Origin: Candidatus Krumholzibacteriia bacterium
GTDB taxonomy: Bacteria; Krumholzibacteriota; Krumholzibacteriia; LZORAL124-64-63
DNA: 64,000 nucleotides
NCBI GenBank assembly: GCA_030592845.1
Contig: JAUVII010000003.1
Coordinates: forward strand, 1,366 to 65,365
Direction: 5' to 3'
Shown here: in pieces, positions 37,528-46,982 of the stretch
Position numbering within the stretch: position 1 is the stretch's first letter
How the letters are laid out: each line of letters starts with the position of its first letter
Position numbers and translations under genes: made by a program
Notes under the pieces: model-generated
What the model saw: only the letters and a program-made list of their open reading frames with translations
Database searches by the model: none
What the model was told of the DNA's origin: nothing

Positions 37528-38163
37528 TCAGCCGGAGGGATTCTGCAACTTGCCCAGGGTTTCCCGATCGAGGCCGGAATTTCCGGCGGCGGCCTCGGCC
37601 AGAAGGGTGACCTGCGCTAATCTTTCCACGGTCTCCAGAAGGCTGAAAGCGGACAGCAGATCTGCACCCACCGTCACCACTCCGTGATTACCCAGCAGCA
37701 CCGCGTCACAGGTCGGGATAAAGGGCACGATCGAATCCGCCAGCGCCTCCGTACCGGGCAACGAGCGGGCCGCCAGCGGTACCCGTGGCAATTGGGCGGC
37801 CGTTTCGGTCAGGAGGCTGCCGTCCAGGTCCCGTCCAGCGGATGCAAAAGCAGTGGCCCAAGGCGGGTGAGCGTGACATACGGCCCTGACATCCGGCCGC
37901 AGGGCGTAGATTTGTGAATGCAGCGGCCACTCGCTGGTGGCTGTCCCCTGCGGTGACCGGCCCAAGGTGTCGATTTCCAACAGATCCTGGACCCGCAGAC
38001 TTCCCTTGCACCTGCCCGCGGGAGTAACCAGAAAGGAATGGCCGCCGAGACGAACCGACAGGTTCCCTTCGGCGGCCACAATAAGGCCCTTGTCATACAT
38101 CCGGCATCCGACCGTGACCATCTCCCGACGCATCACGACCAAATTAGGCCGGGCTACGGACAC
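37528..38163 (-). CDS. Class II aldolase/adducin-family protein
   Basis: 211 aa. EGNLSVRL..FLVTPAG; SEWPLHSQIY; VCHAHPPWATAF. Confidence 0.8.
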   Translation of the reverse strand: MSVARPNLVVMRREMVTVGCRMYDKGLIVAAEGNLSVRLGGHSFLVTPAGRCKGSLRVQDLLEIDTLGRSPQGTATSEWPLHSQIYALRPDVRAVCHAHPPWATAFASAGRDLDGSLLTETAAQLPRVPLAARSLPGTEALADSIVPFIPTCDAVLLGNHGVVTVGADLLSAFSLLETVERLAQVTLLAEAAAGNSGLDRETLGKLQNPSG

Positions 38164-38171
38164 GGGGTTCC

Positions 38172-39569
38172 CTACTTCGAGAATGTGTAGAGGTGCGACA
38201 TTACACCTTCGAAGAATTCGACATTCCGAACCTCATCCGCGGCATTTTCCCGCATCTGGACTTCGCTGAGGCCCAGATTCTCATCTTCGTTCTTTTTGAC
38301 CCATCTCTGGTAGGCCTCTTCCTCCAAACGATTCAGCATCTCGGTGGGGAAGCCCAGCGCACTGCTGAGCAGAAGAGTTCCGTCCGGCTCCATGGCGAAA
38401 GGATCTACGTCATCGAACCGGGTAAAGTAAAATATCTCCGGCTCCAGACGACCGTCCGAGGGAATAACCCAGATATTCCTGTCATGAAGGGTGGTCGTGG
38501 GCGCCCTGCGGGTGGACACGAAATAAACCCTTGATCCATCAAGGGAAAAGACCGGGTCGCCATTGAGGATTCCGGAAATCGGGTCACCTTCCGACATGGA
38601 GGTGAAGGTCAAACGTGTAATTTTGCCATCAGGGGTCACGTTCCCGCTCTCCAGAGCGAGCGTATCCACATCAAGAGTGAAGATTTCGGTGCCCGATCCG
38701 ACACCCGCTCCCCCAACATCCATACCGCCCGAGAAAATGATCTTGGTTCCGAATGGGTCCCAATCGAGCGCTTCGATCCGCGAGTATTCGCCGGTCATGG
38801 CATAGATTTCCCCATCGTAGCCGCTGTTGGTCGCGGCGGTTTGCATATCCAGGATATGGATCGCCACACCATTGGGGTTCGAGTCCTGGATGGCGGAATA
38901 GAAACGGGTGAAGGCCAACCACCGTTTGTTGGGTGACAAAGCACAGTCCAAGTGATTCAAGGGATAAGGCGAAAGGTTCATATCCGTGGGTTCCATGAAC
39001 AGAACTTCGATCTGGGTAAAGGAGGGGTCGAGGGGATCGGGAATGAACGCCCGAAAAAGCCTGGACCCAACTCCATTCCGATTGATGTTCATCCAGAACA
39101 GCACGTGGTTATCGTCTTCCCAGATGGGGTTGCCCTTATCCATGTTCTCGGTATCGGTAAAAAATTCGTCCCTGCCGGAAATGGGAATGGCAATATCCTG
39201 CAGGTTTATCAGCACGGCGTTCTGGTCCTCGAGACTGGTCTCGGGCTGGAAACCCTCCTGCAGGGGAATGAGGATCATCTGCCGGTGATTGATAAACGTG
39301 GCGTCCCCGGGATCCCTTACCGTCGGGATAGCCCACCAATCCGCCGAGAACAGGATGGTTTTCCCGTCGGGGGACAACTGGGGATTCAGGTAGTGGTAAC
39401 CGTCACTGGAAGTATCGGTGGTCACCATGGTCAGGTTGCCGGTGGAATGATTCCCGGAAACTGCGAGGGTTTCTCCGGGATCTTCCTTGCTGGTGCAGCC
39501 CACGGTGACGAAGATGATCAACAAGGCAACATAAGGCAGCAACAGGAAGCGGTTGCGCGGCCACTTCAT
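38172..39569 (-). CDS. TolB-like beta-propeller lipoprotein
   Basis: ORF trimmed to ATG 39569 (MKWPRNRFLLLPYVALLIIFVTVGC lipobox). PD40-like strings (LSPDGKTILFSAD; FSLDGSRVYFVS). Confidence 0.55.
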   Translation of the reverse strand: MKWPRNRFLLLPYVALLIIFVTVGCTSKEDPGETLAVSGNHSTGNLTMVTTDTSSDGYHYLNPQLSPDGKTILFSADWWAIPTVRDPGDATFINHRQMILIPLQEGFQPETSLEDQNAVLINLQDIAIPISGRDEFFTDTENMDKGNPIWEDDNHVLFWMNINRNGVGSRLFRAFIPDPLDPSFTQIEVLFMEPTDMNLSPYPLNHLDCALSPNKRWLAFTRFYSAIQDSNPNGVAIHILDMQTAATNSGYDGEIYAMTGEYSRIEALDWDPFGTKIIFSGGMDVGGAGVGSGTEIFTLDVDTLALESGNVTPDGKITRLTFTSMSEGDPISGILNGDPVFSLDGSRVYFVSTRRAPTTTLHDRNIWVIPSDGRLEPEIFYFTRFDDVDPFAMEPDGTLLLSSALGFPTEMLNRLEEEAYQRWVKKNEDENLGLSEVQMRENAADEVRNVEFFEGVMSHLYTFSK

Positions 39570-39701
39570 ATTCAATGGAACCTCCAGCACGGGGAATCGG
39601 GAAGCAGGTTGGGGCACCGGATCTCAGACCCAAGGCCAAAGCCTGCCGTGTCTAGGAAAAATAAGGCAAGAACCCCAGGCAAATCAACCGGCAGTTCAAA
39701 A

Positions 39702-40610
39702 TCAGCTCTCCAGGTTGAAGGCTGTGGTCACCCGCAACCAGGACCAAATGGGGTATTTCCCCACCCTGGCAGCATCGAACCCACCTTTTCGTAAACTTCC
39801 GGAAGCCGATTCCGTCAGGCTCCGGGCGGGACTTTCCACCACAACCACCTGCCGGACCTTTCCCGAAGGGCTGAGAAGGACATCGAGAACCACGTCCCCG
39901 GAAACACCTTTGTCCACCGCCGTTTGCGGAAATTCGGGAGATGGACCGCCCAGGTACCGTGGAGGGTAATTGTTCAATTGCTGGTACAGCCACAAAGTGC
40001 CGAAGCTTCGGCCACCGGTGCACTTGTCCATACCAGAGGCCACCAGGGTGGCGGCCAGGTCCCGATCGCCCCTGGCACGCGCCACGTCCGCGAGAAGATA
40101 ATCCACGGCCGCGTCATCCAAACGGGTTTCGGCAGCCTCCTGGAGGAGTTCTTGCGCACGGCCCAGCAGGCGCGCCCTGTTCCTCTCCCAGTTTCCCACA
40201 TCGGCCGCCGGTCCTTCGACGGGCAGCAGATCGGGGTCCCCCTGACCAGCCAGAAGATAGAGTTGCCCCAGGGTCAGCAGCATCAGGGAATGTCGATGTC
40301 CATCGGCAAGCCCCAGTTCCATTTCAATCATCCCGTCGGAACCCGATCCGTCGCGGAAGTACTCGGAACAAATCCCCAGGTAACGTTCAACAACCTGGGG
40401 AACATCCGGATCCTCGCGGCAATCACTCAGGCGGTGAGGCCTCCATTGGCCATCGGGCGCCGGAACTTCCCGAAGATCCCCGGGACTGTCCAGCGGCGAT
40501 GAGGATTTTTCGACAGCCACATCCGGCTGCCCCGGCGCACAGGCACAAAGAACCAGCAGAAGGACAAGGGCCATCAAGCGGGTCATGGATATGGAGCAGA
40601 CCATTCTCAT
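39702..40610 (-). CDS. Lipoprotein with C-terminal TonB-C domain
   Basis: Lipobox LVLCAC. C-terminus PEFPQTAVDKGVSGDVVLDVLLSPSGKVRQVVVVES..A is TonB_C-like. No Pro-rich spacer or N-terminal TM typical of TonB. ATGA overlap with the TPR gene. Confidence 0.6.
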   Translation of the reverse strand: MRMVCSISMTRLMALVLLLVLCACAPGQPDVAVEKSSSPLDSPGDLREVPAPDGQWRPHRLSDCREDPDVPQVVERYLGICSEYFRDGSGSDGMIEMELGLADGHRHSLMLLTLGQLYLLAGQGDPDLLPVEGPAADVGNWERNRARLLGRAQELLQEAAETRLDDAAVDYLLADVARARGDRDLAATLVASGMDKCTGGRSFGTLWLYQQLNNYPPRYLGGPSPEFPQTAVDKGVSGDVVLDVLLSPSGKVRQVVVVESPARSLTESASGSLRKGGFDAARVGKYPIWSWLRVTTAFNLES

Positions 40611-41704
40611 TCAGATTCCTTTTTTTCAAGGGAGGGATCCAGGCGCAGCACTTCTTCCCATTCGCCGGCAGCTTCATCCTCGCGGCCGAGTTTCAACAAC
40701 AGGACAACACGGTTGTTTCTGTAGACAACATTTTCAGGATCGAGGTTGACGGCCCTGTCGGCCGCCTCCAACCCCTCAACGTAATGACCTGATTCCAGAA
40801 GATTTAGAGAAATCCTGCCCCAGAATCCGGAATCCGTCAACAATTCCTCCGCAAGTCCCCGCGGCAGGGCTTCCGGGTCGGAGAGAGACCGCAGACAAGC
40901 CAGCGAGCGATGCGATTCATTCAGCTTCCCCTCGGTTTCGACCGACAGTTTTGTTTCCCCGGCCGATAATCCGTCCGGAGCCAGACCATCCAGGAATTCA
41001 AGGAGGTCGGCATTCCGTCCTGCGCCGGCCAGGGCCAGGCCCAGGTTCCTCCTCACCCACACCGAAGGGTCCGCGGCCATGAGTTTTTGCAGAGGTTCCA
41101 CCGCGGCGGAGAACTCCCCCGCGCCCAGCAGGACTCCCGCCAGGGCCCGGTCCGCCTCCAGACAATCCGGACACAACTTCCTGGCGATTTCCAATTGTGT
41201 ACGGGAACCCTGGACATCATGGAATTCGGCCAGGAACTGTCCGTACTCGAGGCGGGCTTCGAAATCCCGGGGCGCCAATTCCACCACCAGGCTGAACTCG
41301 GTCAGGGCCCTGCCTTTTTTCCCCAGGGCCATCAGCGCCACGGCAAAATTGCGGTGCGCCAGGTGGTCATTTGGATTTTGCCGCATCACTGCTTCAAGGT
41401 GGGGCAGAGCCTGCTCCGGATGGCCGCTCCGCAAAAGGGCCAGTCCCAGACGGCCTTCGATCTGCCACCCGTACAGGGGATCTTCACCCAGTATTTTGTA
41501 AAGCCGCTGGGCCTCCAGGGTCGCCGCGGCGACTTGGCCAGCCGCCAAAAGGCTGTCCACTTCAGATATTCCCGCCTGGGCCTGGGCCGCGGCCTCGGAC
41601 CTGGTCCCGGCCGTTCCGGTTTCCATCCAGGCACAACAGACGAAACAGGCAAGGCATGTCGCGGCCAGGCGGATCCATTTTCCATTCAGGTCCCGATTCG
41701 GCAT
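40607..41704 (-). CDS. Secreted TPR-repeat protein
   Basis: 365 aa. Signal peptide; several TPR-like repeats (e.g. HRNFAVALMALGKKGRALTEFSLVVELAP). Confidence 0.7.
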   Translation of the reverse strand: MPNRDLNGKWIRLAATCLACFVCCAWMETGTAGTRSEAAAQAQAGISEVDSLLAAGQVAAATLEAQRLYKILGEDPLYGWQIEGRLGLALLRSGHPEQALPHLEAVMRQNPNDHLAHRNFAVALMALGKKGRALTEFSLVVELAPRDFEARLEYGQFLAEFHDVQGSRTQLEIARKLCPDCLEADRALAGVLLGAGEFSAAVEPLQKLMAADPSVWVRRNLGLALAGAGRNADLLEFLDGLAPDGLSAGETKLSVETEGKLNESHRSLACLRSLSDPEALPRGLAEELLTDSGFWGRISLNLLESGHYVEGLEAADRAVNLDPENVVYRNNRVVLLLKLGREDEAAGEWEEVLRLDPSLEKKESE

Positions 41705-41959
41705 GTCACCTTTCTCCCCTGACGGGGCGGATTATTCCAGTCCCATCGAACATACGACAAAATAGCGGATAAACCTTCAGGAATGAAGCCGCTATCTGCC
41801 ATACCCAACCCAAATTTTCCACATTCAGGGTATGGGAATAACCTCCCATCTGTGCTATATTTTTCGGGCAGGGTCCGTACCGGAGGGCTGTGAAAACCAG
41901 TCCCCGTTTCTCGACAGTGCGGGCCGGAATCCCATGACCCACAAGAACAGGACCAGGAA

Positions 41960-43111
41960 ATGACCAGCGATCAGAACGAAAACCCGACCCCACACCCCGA
42001 TGACGGGGTGGTTGAGGAAACCAGCGATACCACGGATAATTCCGATGAATTCGCGAAACTCCTGGCTGCCTCTGAAAATGCCGAACCCACCGAAGCCCAG
42101 CCGGGGGACAAACTCACCGGCAGGATCATACAGATCGATGGGCCCGACGCCTTCGTGGATTGCGGGTTGCGAAACGAACTGCCCATTTCCGTGCAGGAAC
42201 TGAAAAACACCGACGGGGAAATGAAGTTCAAGGTCGGAGACGAAATCACCGCCTATGTCCAAAAATCCCCCGACGGCCTCAAACTCACCAAGGCCGTGAA
42301 CCTCAAAGAGGCCGGCAGCGGAGCCTTGATCGCCGCCTTCGCGGCCGGAACTCCTGTAAAAGGCAAGGTGGGAAGCACGAATAAGGGTGGGTTCTCCATC
42401 GACCTGGACGGGACCAGGGCCTTTTGCCCCTTTAGCCAGATCGATGTGCGACGGGCGGACAATCCGGAAATCTTCGTGGACCAAACCTACCAGTTCAAGA
42501 TCCTGGAGCTTTCCGAAGACGGGCGCAACATCGTCGTTTCCCGCCGTGCCCTGCTCCAGGCGGACAGGGAATCCCAGGCCGAATCCACACGCGGGTCGTT
42601 GGTCCTGGGCGACAACCTCGAAGGTGTCGTCACGCGGCTGGTTCCCTTCGGGGCCTTTGTCGACATTGGCGGTCTGGAAGGGCTTGTCCATATTTCCCAG
42701 ATTTCGCATCAGCGCGTGGGCGACCCCTCGGAAGTTCTCAAGGAAGGCCAGACCGTCCAGGTGAAAATCCTGGAAATTCAGAATCTGGGAATGGGGCGTT
42801 CCGAACGGATCAGCCTGTCCATCAAGGCCCTGGCCACCGATCCCTGGCCCGAAACGGCCAGTTCCATGGTTCCCGGCCAGGATGTGGAGGGCCGCGTGAC
42901 GCGTTTGGTCGACTTTGGTGTCTTTGTTGAACTTCAGCCGGGTGTGGAAGGATTGATCCACATTTCCGAACTGGCCAACCGGCGGGTCATCCATCCCCGG
43001 GAAGTACTGAACGAAGACGAACAGATCAATGTTCGCATCCTGGATGTGGATCTGGACCGCAGGCGGATCTCCCTGTCCCGGAAACAGGCCTCGGATTACG
43101 AGGAGGACTGA
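41960..43111 (+). CDS. S1 RNA-binding domain protein (four S1 repeats; short ribosomal protein S1 homologue)
   Basis: 383 aa. Acidic N-terminus, then four repeats of the G..V.G.V....G.FVD..G..GL.H.S pattern. The antisense 379-aa ORF is rejected. Confidence 0.8.
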   Translation: MTSDQNENPTPHPDDGVVEETSDTTDNSDEFAKLLAASENAEPTEAQPGDKLTGRIIQIDGPDAFVDCGLRNELPISVQELKNTDGEMKFKVGDEITAYVQKSPDGLKLTKAVNLKEAGSGALIAAFAAGTPVKGKVGSTNKGGFSIDLDGTRAFCPFSQIDVRRADNPEIFVDQTYQFKILELSEDGRNIVVSRRALLQADRESQAESTRGSLVLGDNLEGVVTRLVPFGAFVDIGGLEGLVHISQISHQRVGDPSEVLKEGQTVQVKILEIQNLGMGRSERISLSIKALATDPWPETASSMVPGQDVEGRVTRLVDFGVFVELQPGVEGLIHISELANRRVIHPREVLNEDEQINVRILDVDLDRRRISLSRKQASDYEED

Positions 43112-44268
43112 CCCGGTGTCCGCAGCCCGGACACCGCCGCGACGATCCTGGCCGAGGCGAAGTCCACTTCCTCACCGGACGTGAACCGCCCGAGCCCGAT
43201 CCGCAGACTCGCGGCCGCCAGGTCATCCCCTACGCCGATGGCCGTCAAAATCGCCGAAGGCCGGGTCTCCAGACTGCTGCAGGCGGAGCTTGAGGAAACC
43301 GCGATTACGGTCAGCGCGCTCAACAGTTGATGGGCGCGAATTCCCTCGAAACTGACGTTGAGGTTTCCCGGCAACCGCTCCTCGATGGTGCCGTTCAAAT
43401 GCACGCCATCAAGAGATCCCTTCAAAGTATCCCACATCCGATCACGCAGGGCCCGCAGGCGCGGGGCCTCATCCGCCATGACCTCACCGGCCAGGCGGCA
43501 AGCCTCGCCGAAGGCGGCGATGCCCGGGACGTTGAGGGTGCCCGGCCGCAGCCCCCTTTCCTGGCCGCCGCCGAAATGGAGCGGCGCCAGGGTCACCCGT
43601 GGATCGCGACGGCGGACATAGAGCGCTCCCACTCCCTTGGGCCCATAGATTTTGTGGGAGGACAGCGAGAGCAGGTCAACCCCGACCCTTTGGACATCCA
43701 CGGGGATTCTCCCGACAGCCTGGGCCGCGTCCGTATGGAACAGGACCCCGCGCTGTTTGCAAATCCTGCCGATCTCGGCCACCGGCTGGATGGTTCCGAT
43801 CTCGTTCTGGGCCATCATCACCGAAACCAGGATGGTGTCTTTTTCCATGGCCGCGGCGATGTCCCCGGCCGCGACCCTCCCTTCGGGAAGGGCCTGAACG
43901 ACGGTAACCCGGCCTCCGCGCCGCTCAAATTCCTCGAGCGGTCCCCGGACCGCCTCGTGTTCCAGGTTGGTGGTCACCATGTGACCTCCATCACCCCCGT
44001 AGATGCGGGCCGCGCCGAGCAACCCCAGGTTATCCGATTCGGTGGCGCCGGAGGTGAAGATGATTTCCCGGGCCGTACCTCCGATCAGCCCGGCCACTTT
44101 TTCACGTGCCTCTTCCACGAGGCGGGCGGCGGCCCAGCCGAAGGCGTGGCCGCTGCTGGCGGGATTGCCGAAGTGATCCCTCTGAACTTCCTGCAGGAAG
44201 GAAAGAACTCCCGGATCGATCGGGGTGGTGGCATGGTGGTCAAGATATATGGGGGTGCGCAGGGCCAT
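43096..44268 (-). CDS. Class I cysteine desulfurase (IscS/NifS-like)
   Basis: 390 aa. IYLDHHATTP; FTSGATESDNL; SSHKIYGPKGVGALYVRR (PLP lysine); SSSACSS active-site loop. Confidence 0.9.
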   Translation of the reverse strand: MALRTPIYLDHHATTPIDPGVLSFLQEVQRDHFGNPASSGHAFGWAAARLVEEAREKVAGLIGGTAREIIFTSGATESDNLGLLGAARIYGGDGGHMVTTNLEHEAVRGPLEEFERRGGRVTVVQALPEGRVAAGDIAAAMEKDTILVSVMMAQNEIGTIQPVAEIGRICKQRGVLFHTDAAQAVGRIPVDVQRVGVDLLSLSSHKIYGPKGVGALYVRRRDPRVTLAPLHFGGGQERGLRPGTLNVPGIAAFGEACRLAGEVMADEAPRLRALRDRMWDTLKGSLDGVHLNGTIEERLPGNLNVSFEGIRAHQLLSALTVIAVSSSSACSSLETRPSAILTAIGVGDDLAAASLRIGLGRFTSGEEVDFASARIVAAVSGLRTPGQSSS

Positions 44269-44304
44269 GGACCGCTCCCGAAATATCCGGGGGAAATCCC
44301 CGAA

Positions 44305-45258
44305 TCAGCGACTGAGTTCAAGCATCCTGTTGATGGGCGCCAACGCGGCCTCGGCCAGGGCGGTTTCCACCGTGATCTCGGGCGTGCGGTCCCTCATGCA
44401 AAGGTACAGTTTTTCCAGGGTATTCAATCTCATGTAAGGGCATTCATTGCAATTGCAGGTCTCGTCATTTCCCGGGGCAGGTATGAAAACCTTGTCGGGA
44501 TTTTCTTTCTGCATCTGGTGAATGATGCCCGGTTCCGTCACCACGATGATTTCGCGGGCGGACGTCTTGCCGGCGAAGGCCAGCATGCCTGATGTGCTCC
44601 CGATATGGTCGGCGTGCTGCAACACCGCTTCAGGACATTCGGGATGGGCGGCGACCACGGCGTCCGGGTGTCCGATCTTCAATTCGACCAGCTTTTTTTC
44701 GCTGAACATTTCATGCACTTCGCAGGAACCCGGCCACAGCACCAACTCGCGGTCCAGACTGCGGGAAACCCAGTCCCCCAGATACCTGTCCGGAGCAAAT
44801 ACCAACTTCTGGTCCTCCGGAAAGGAGGCCACGATCTTTACGGCGTTGCTGCTGGTGCAGATCACATCGCTCATGGCTTTGGTGTCAGCTGAGCAATTGA
44901 TATAGCTGACGACCTTGTGGTCCGGATAATTTTCCAGGAAGGCTGCGAATTCGTCGGGAGGACAACCGTCGGCCAGACTGCAACCCGCCTCCAGGTCCGG
45001 CAGCAGGACCTGTTTGGCCGGATTGAGGATTTTGGCCGTTTCAGCCATGAAATGAACACCGGCGAATACGATGACATCGGCCTCTGTTTCGGCCGCCTTT
45101 TGGCTGAGGGCCAGGCTGTCCCCGATGAAATCGGCAATATCCTGAATGTCCGGCTCCTGATAGAAATGGGCCAGGATGATCGCGTTCATATCCTTGCGCA
45201 GGCGGTCGATTTCCTGAAAAAGATCAAGATTCGGATCAACGGCCCCTGAAGACAACAT
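44305..45258 (-). CDS. nadA: Quinolinate synthase
   Basis: ORF trimmed to ATG 45258 ([34 protein letters not shown]). [13 protein letters not shown]; PGSCEVH; CNCNECPYM. Confidence 0.85.
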   Translation of the reverse strand: MLSSGAVDPNLDLFQEIDRLRKDMNAIILAHFYQEPDIQDIADFIGDSLALSQKAAETEADVIVFAGVHFMAETAKILNPAKQVLLPDLEAGCSLADGCPPDEFAAFLENYPDHKVVSYINCSADTKAMSDVICTSSNAVKIVASFPEDQKLVFAPDRYLGDWVSRSLDRELVLWPGSCEVHEMFSEKKLVELKIGHPDAVVAAHPECPEAVLQHADHIGSTSGMLAFAGKTSAREIIVVTEPGIIHQMQKENPDKVFIPAPGNDETCNCNECPYMRLNTLEKLYLCMRDRTPEITVETALAEAALAPINRMLELSR

Positions 45259-45578
45259 GCTCTTGGCCTTTCGTTTCAACCGGCAACAAGATTCGACCAA
45301 CCTGATTTCGAGCCCCGGGGTCGACATGCCGGGGGACGACGGTAACCCTCTTATGTTGCTAATTTTGTCACAGGTGGCGGATTCTGCAAGGGCCCTTTGA
45401 AACTTATGCTTGAAGAGGTATGGACTTTTCCTCCCCAAAGCCCTAATATTCATTGGTTGTAAACGCGGTCCCTGCCTCCTTGCGGGCATGTAATTTCCGG
45501 TGGTATCAAGAGGATGCCCCGGATCTGGTAGCCGGCCGTACCGTTCCCCCACCAGCTGAACGTGAGGATATCTCGGCA

Positions 45579-46859
45579 ATGAACAAAATTGCGTCTGTCC
45601 TGACCGGCAATAGCAGTCTGAAAGCGAAGCTGTGTCTGCCCGTATTGGCCTCCCTGGCACTCCTGACCCTGGTTCTTTTTGTAGGAGCCTGCTCGGATGA
45701 TGTCACGGAAGTTCCCTTCCCCGTCCAGCCTCTTCCGGAAGCCCGGGACTGGTTGTTCACCGTCTTTGGTACCGGCCCGGACGACATCTTTTTCGGCGGA
45801 GCCCGGGGCGCGCTTTTTCATTTTAACGGCAATTTTAACGGCGACACGTTGAAAGCTGTTGACGTGGGCACCAACAAGGCCATCACGAGGATATGGGGCT
45901 CCGGCGACGGAACCCTTTATGCCACGGGTCATGGCGGCGTCATCCTTCGTAATTCGGGAGGTTCCTGGAGCCATATGTCCAGCGGGACCACCAAGGACCT
46001 GTACAGCATCGGGCGCTTCCAGGGAGACATCTACGCCAGTGGTTTCCAGGGAGCCTTTCGGAAGCTCAACGGCAGTTCCTGGGGCGGAACCCACGGCCTG
46101 AGCTGGATCCTGGACAATAGCGGCGCGCCCACGGACACCCTGGAATTTTCCAAGGACATCATGTCGTTGACCACGGTGAACAGCTTTTTCATCGGCGGCG
46201 CCTATATCGATCCCAATTTTGTGGGGATACCCGTCGACATGGATGGCACCAAGGGCGGTGTATTTGCTCTGGCCCCCCCCGACACCATGTTCCCAGCTTA
46301 TGACCCGAAAACCGGTGCCTATGAGGTTTTGCCGGACTGGATTCTCAGGCCCCTCAGTGGAGAACAGATTATCGACTCCGAGTGGATGCTGTCCTCCACA
46401 TCGGACCCCGCCGATCTGAGCCGTAATTACCTGGGGACATCAGAAGGCTGGCTTTTCCAGCTTTCCGTCACCCAGGGGGACACGGTCTGGACCAAGTTCT
46501 CCCCCTCGGTCACCATCAGTCCCGGTGGAGGCATCCAGGACATCTGGCTGGATCCCCAGGACAACCTCTATATGGTCACGGATGAAGGCGCCATCGTCTA
46601 TCAGACCTGGGATTACAAGTTCAAGGAATCCGGGGAACGAACCAATCTGTACGATGGAACCGTGACCCTGACCGGGATCTGGGGTACGGATCCGGGAAAT
46701 TTCTATGTCGTGGGCTACATGGATGAAAAGTTCATGCGCTGCTCCCATGATCCTGTCACGGGTGATTTCAGCTTCATTGAGATCGATGTTGAATTCCCCG
46801 ACTCCAAGGCAATGGATTCCGGACCGGCCGTGGATAAATTCGGTCGTCCCGTTTTTTGA
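45579..46859 (+). CDS. Lipoprotein with beta-propeller-like internal repeats
   Basis: ORF trimmed to ATG 45579 (lipobox LFVGAC). Recurrent IWG..x6..Y..G..G pattern ([19 protein letters not shown]; [16 protein letters not shown]). Confidence 0.55.
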   Translation: MNKIASVLTGNSSLKAKLCLPVLASLALLTLVLFVGACSDDVTEVPFPVQPLPEARDWLFTVFGTGPDDIFFGGARGALFHFNGNFNGDTLKAVDVGTNKAITRIWGSGDGTLYATGHGGVILRNSGGSWSHMSSGTTKDLYSIGRFQGDIYASGFQGAFRKLNGSSWGGTHGLSWILDNSGAPTDTLEFSKDIMSLTTVNSFFIGGAYIDPNFVGIPVDMDGTKGGVFALAPPDTMFPAYDPKTGAYEVLPDWILRPLSGEQIIDSEWMLSSTSDPADLSRNYLGTSEGWLFQLSVTQGDTVWTKFSPSVTISPGGGIQDIWLDPQDNLYMVTDEGAIVYQTWDYKFKESGERTNLYDGTVTLTGIWGTDPGNFYVVGYMDEKFMRCSHDPVTGDFSFIEIDVEFPDSKAMDSGPAVDKFGRPVF

Positions 46860-46920
46860 GCCGTCCGGCAGGCGCCCGCCGAGGGCCTTACTCGCCGGAT
46901 GCATGATCAAATCCCCGACG

Positions 46921-46946
46921 GCCCGGTTCTCATCTGAGAACCGGGC
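46921..46946. repeat. Perfect 12-bp-arm palindrome (GCCCGGTTCTCA-TC-TGAGAACCGGGC)
   Basis: Read directly. Located between the lipoprotein gene and pepF, 37 bp upstream of ATG 46983. No T-run follows. Confidence 0.8.
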
Positions 46947-46982
46947 TGGTGTTCGCCAATTCCACATTCCGGAGGTAGCCCC

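Noticed and set aside
43096-43111. Convergent gene-end overlaps: S1/desulfurase by 16 bp, queD/batDE by 4 bp at 26724-26727, and the left-edge fragment/PorV-like gene at 164-180.
   Set aside because: Short convergent overlaps are common in compact genomes. No additional structure was seen at these sites.
45259-45578. 320-bp leader upstream of nadA with a CAACA string and a CCCCGG/CCGGGG hairpin; considered as an NAD+ (nadA-motif) riboswitch.
   Set aside because: The conserved ACANCCCC bulge I recall for the nadA motif is absent (the sequence reads CAACATAAGAGGG). No tandem bulged-stem pair or terminator is evident. The region also has to hold the divergent lipoprotein promoter. A cmscan against Rfam RF03013 would settle it.
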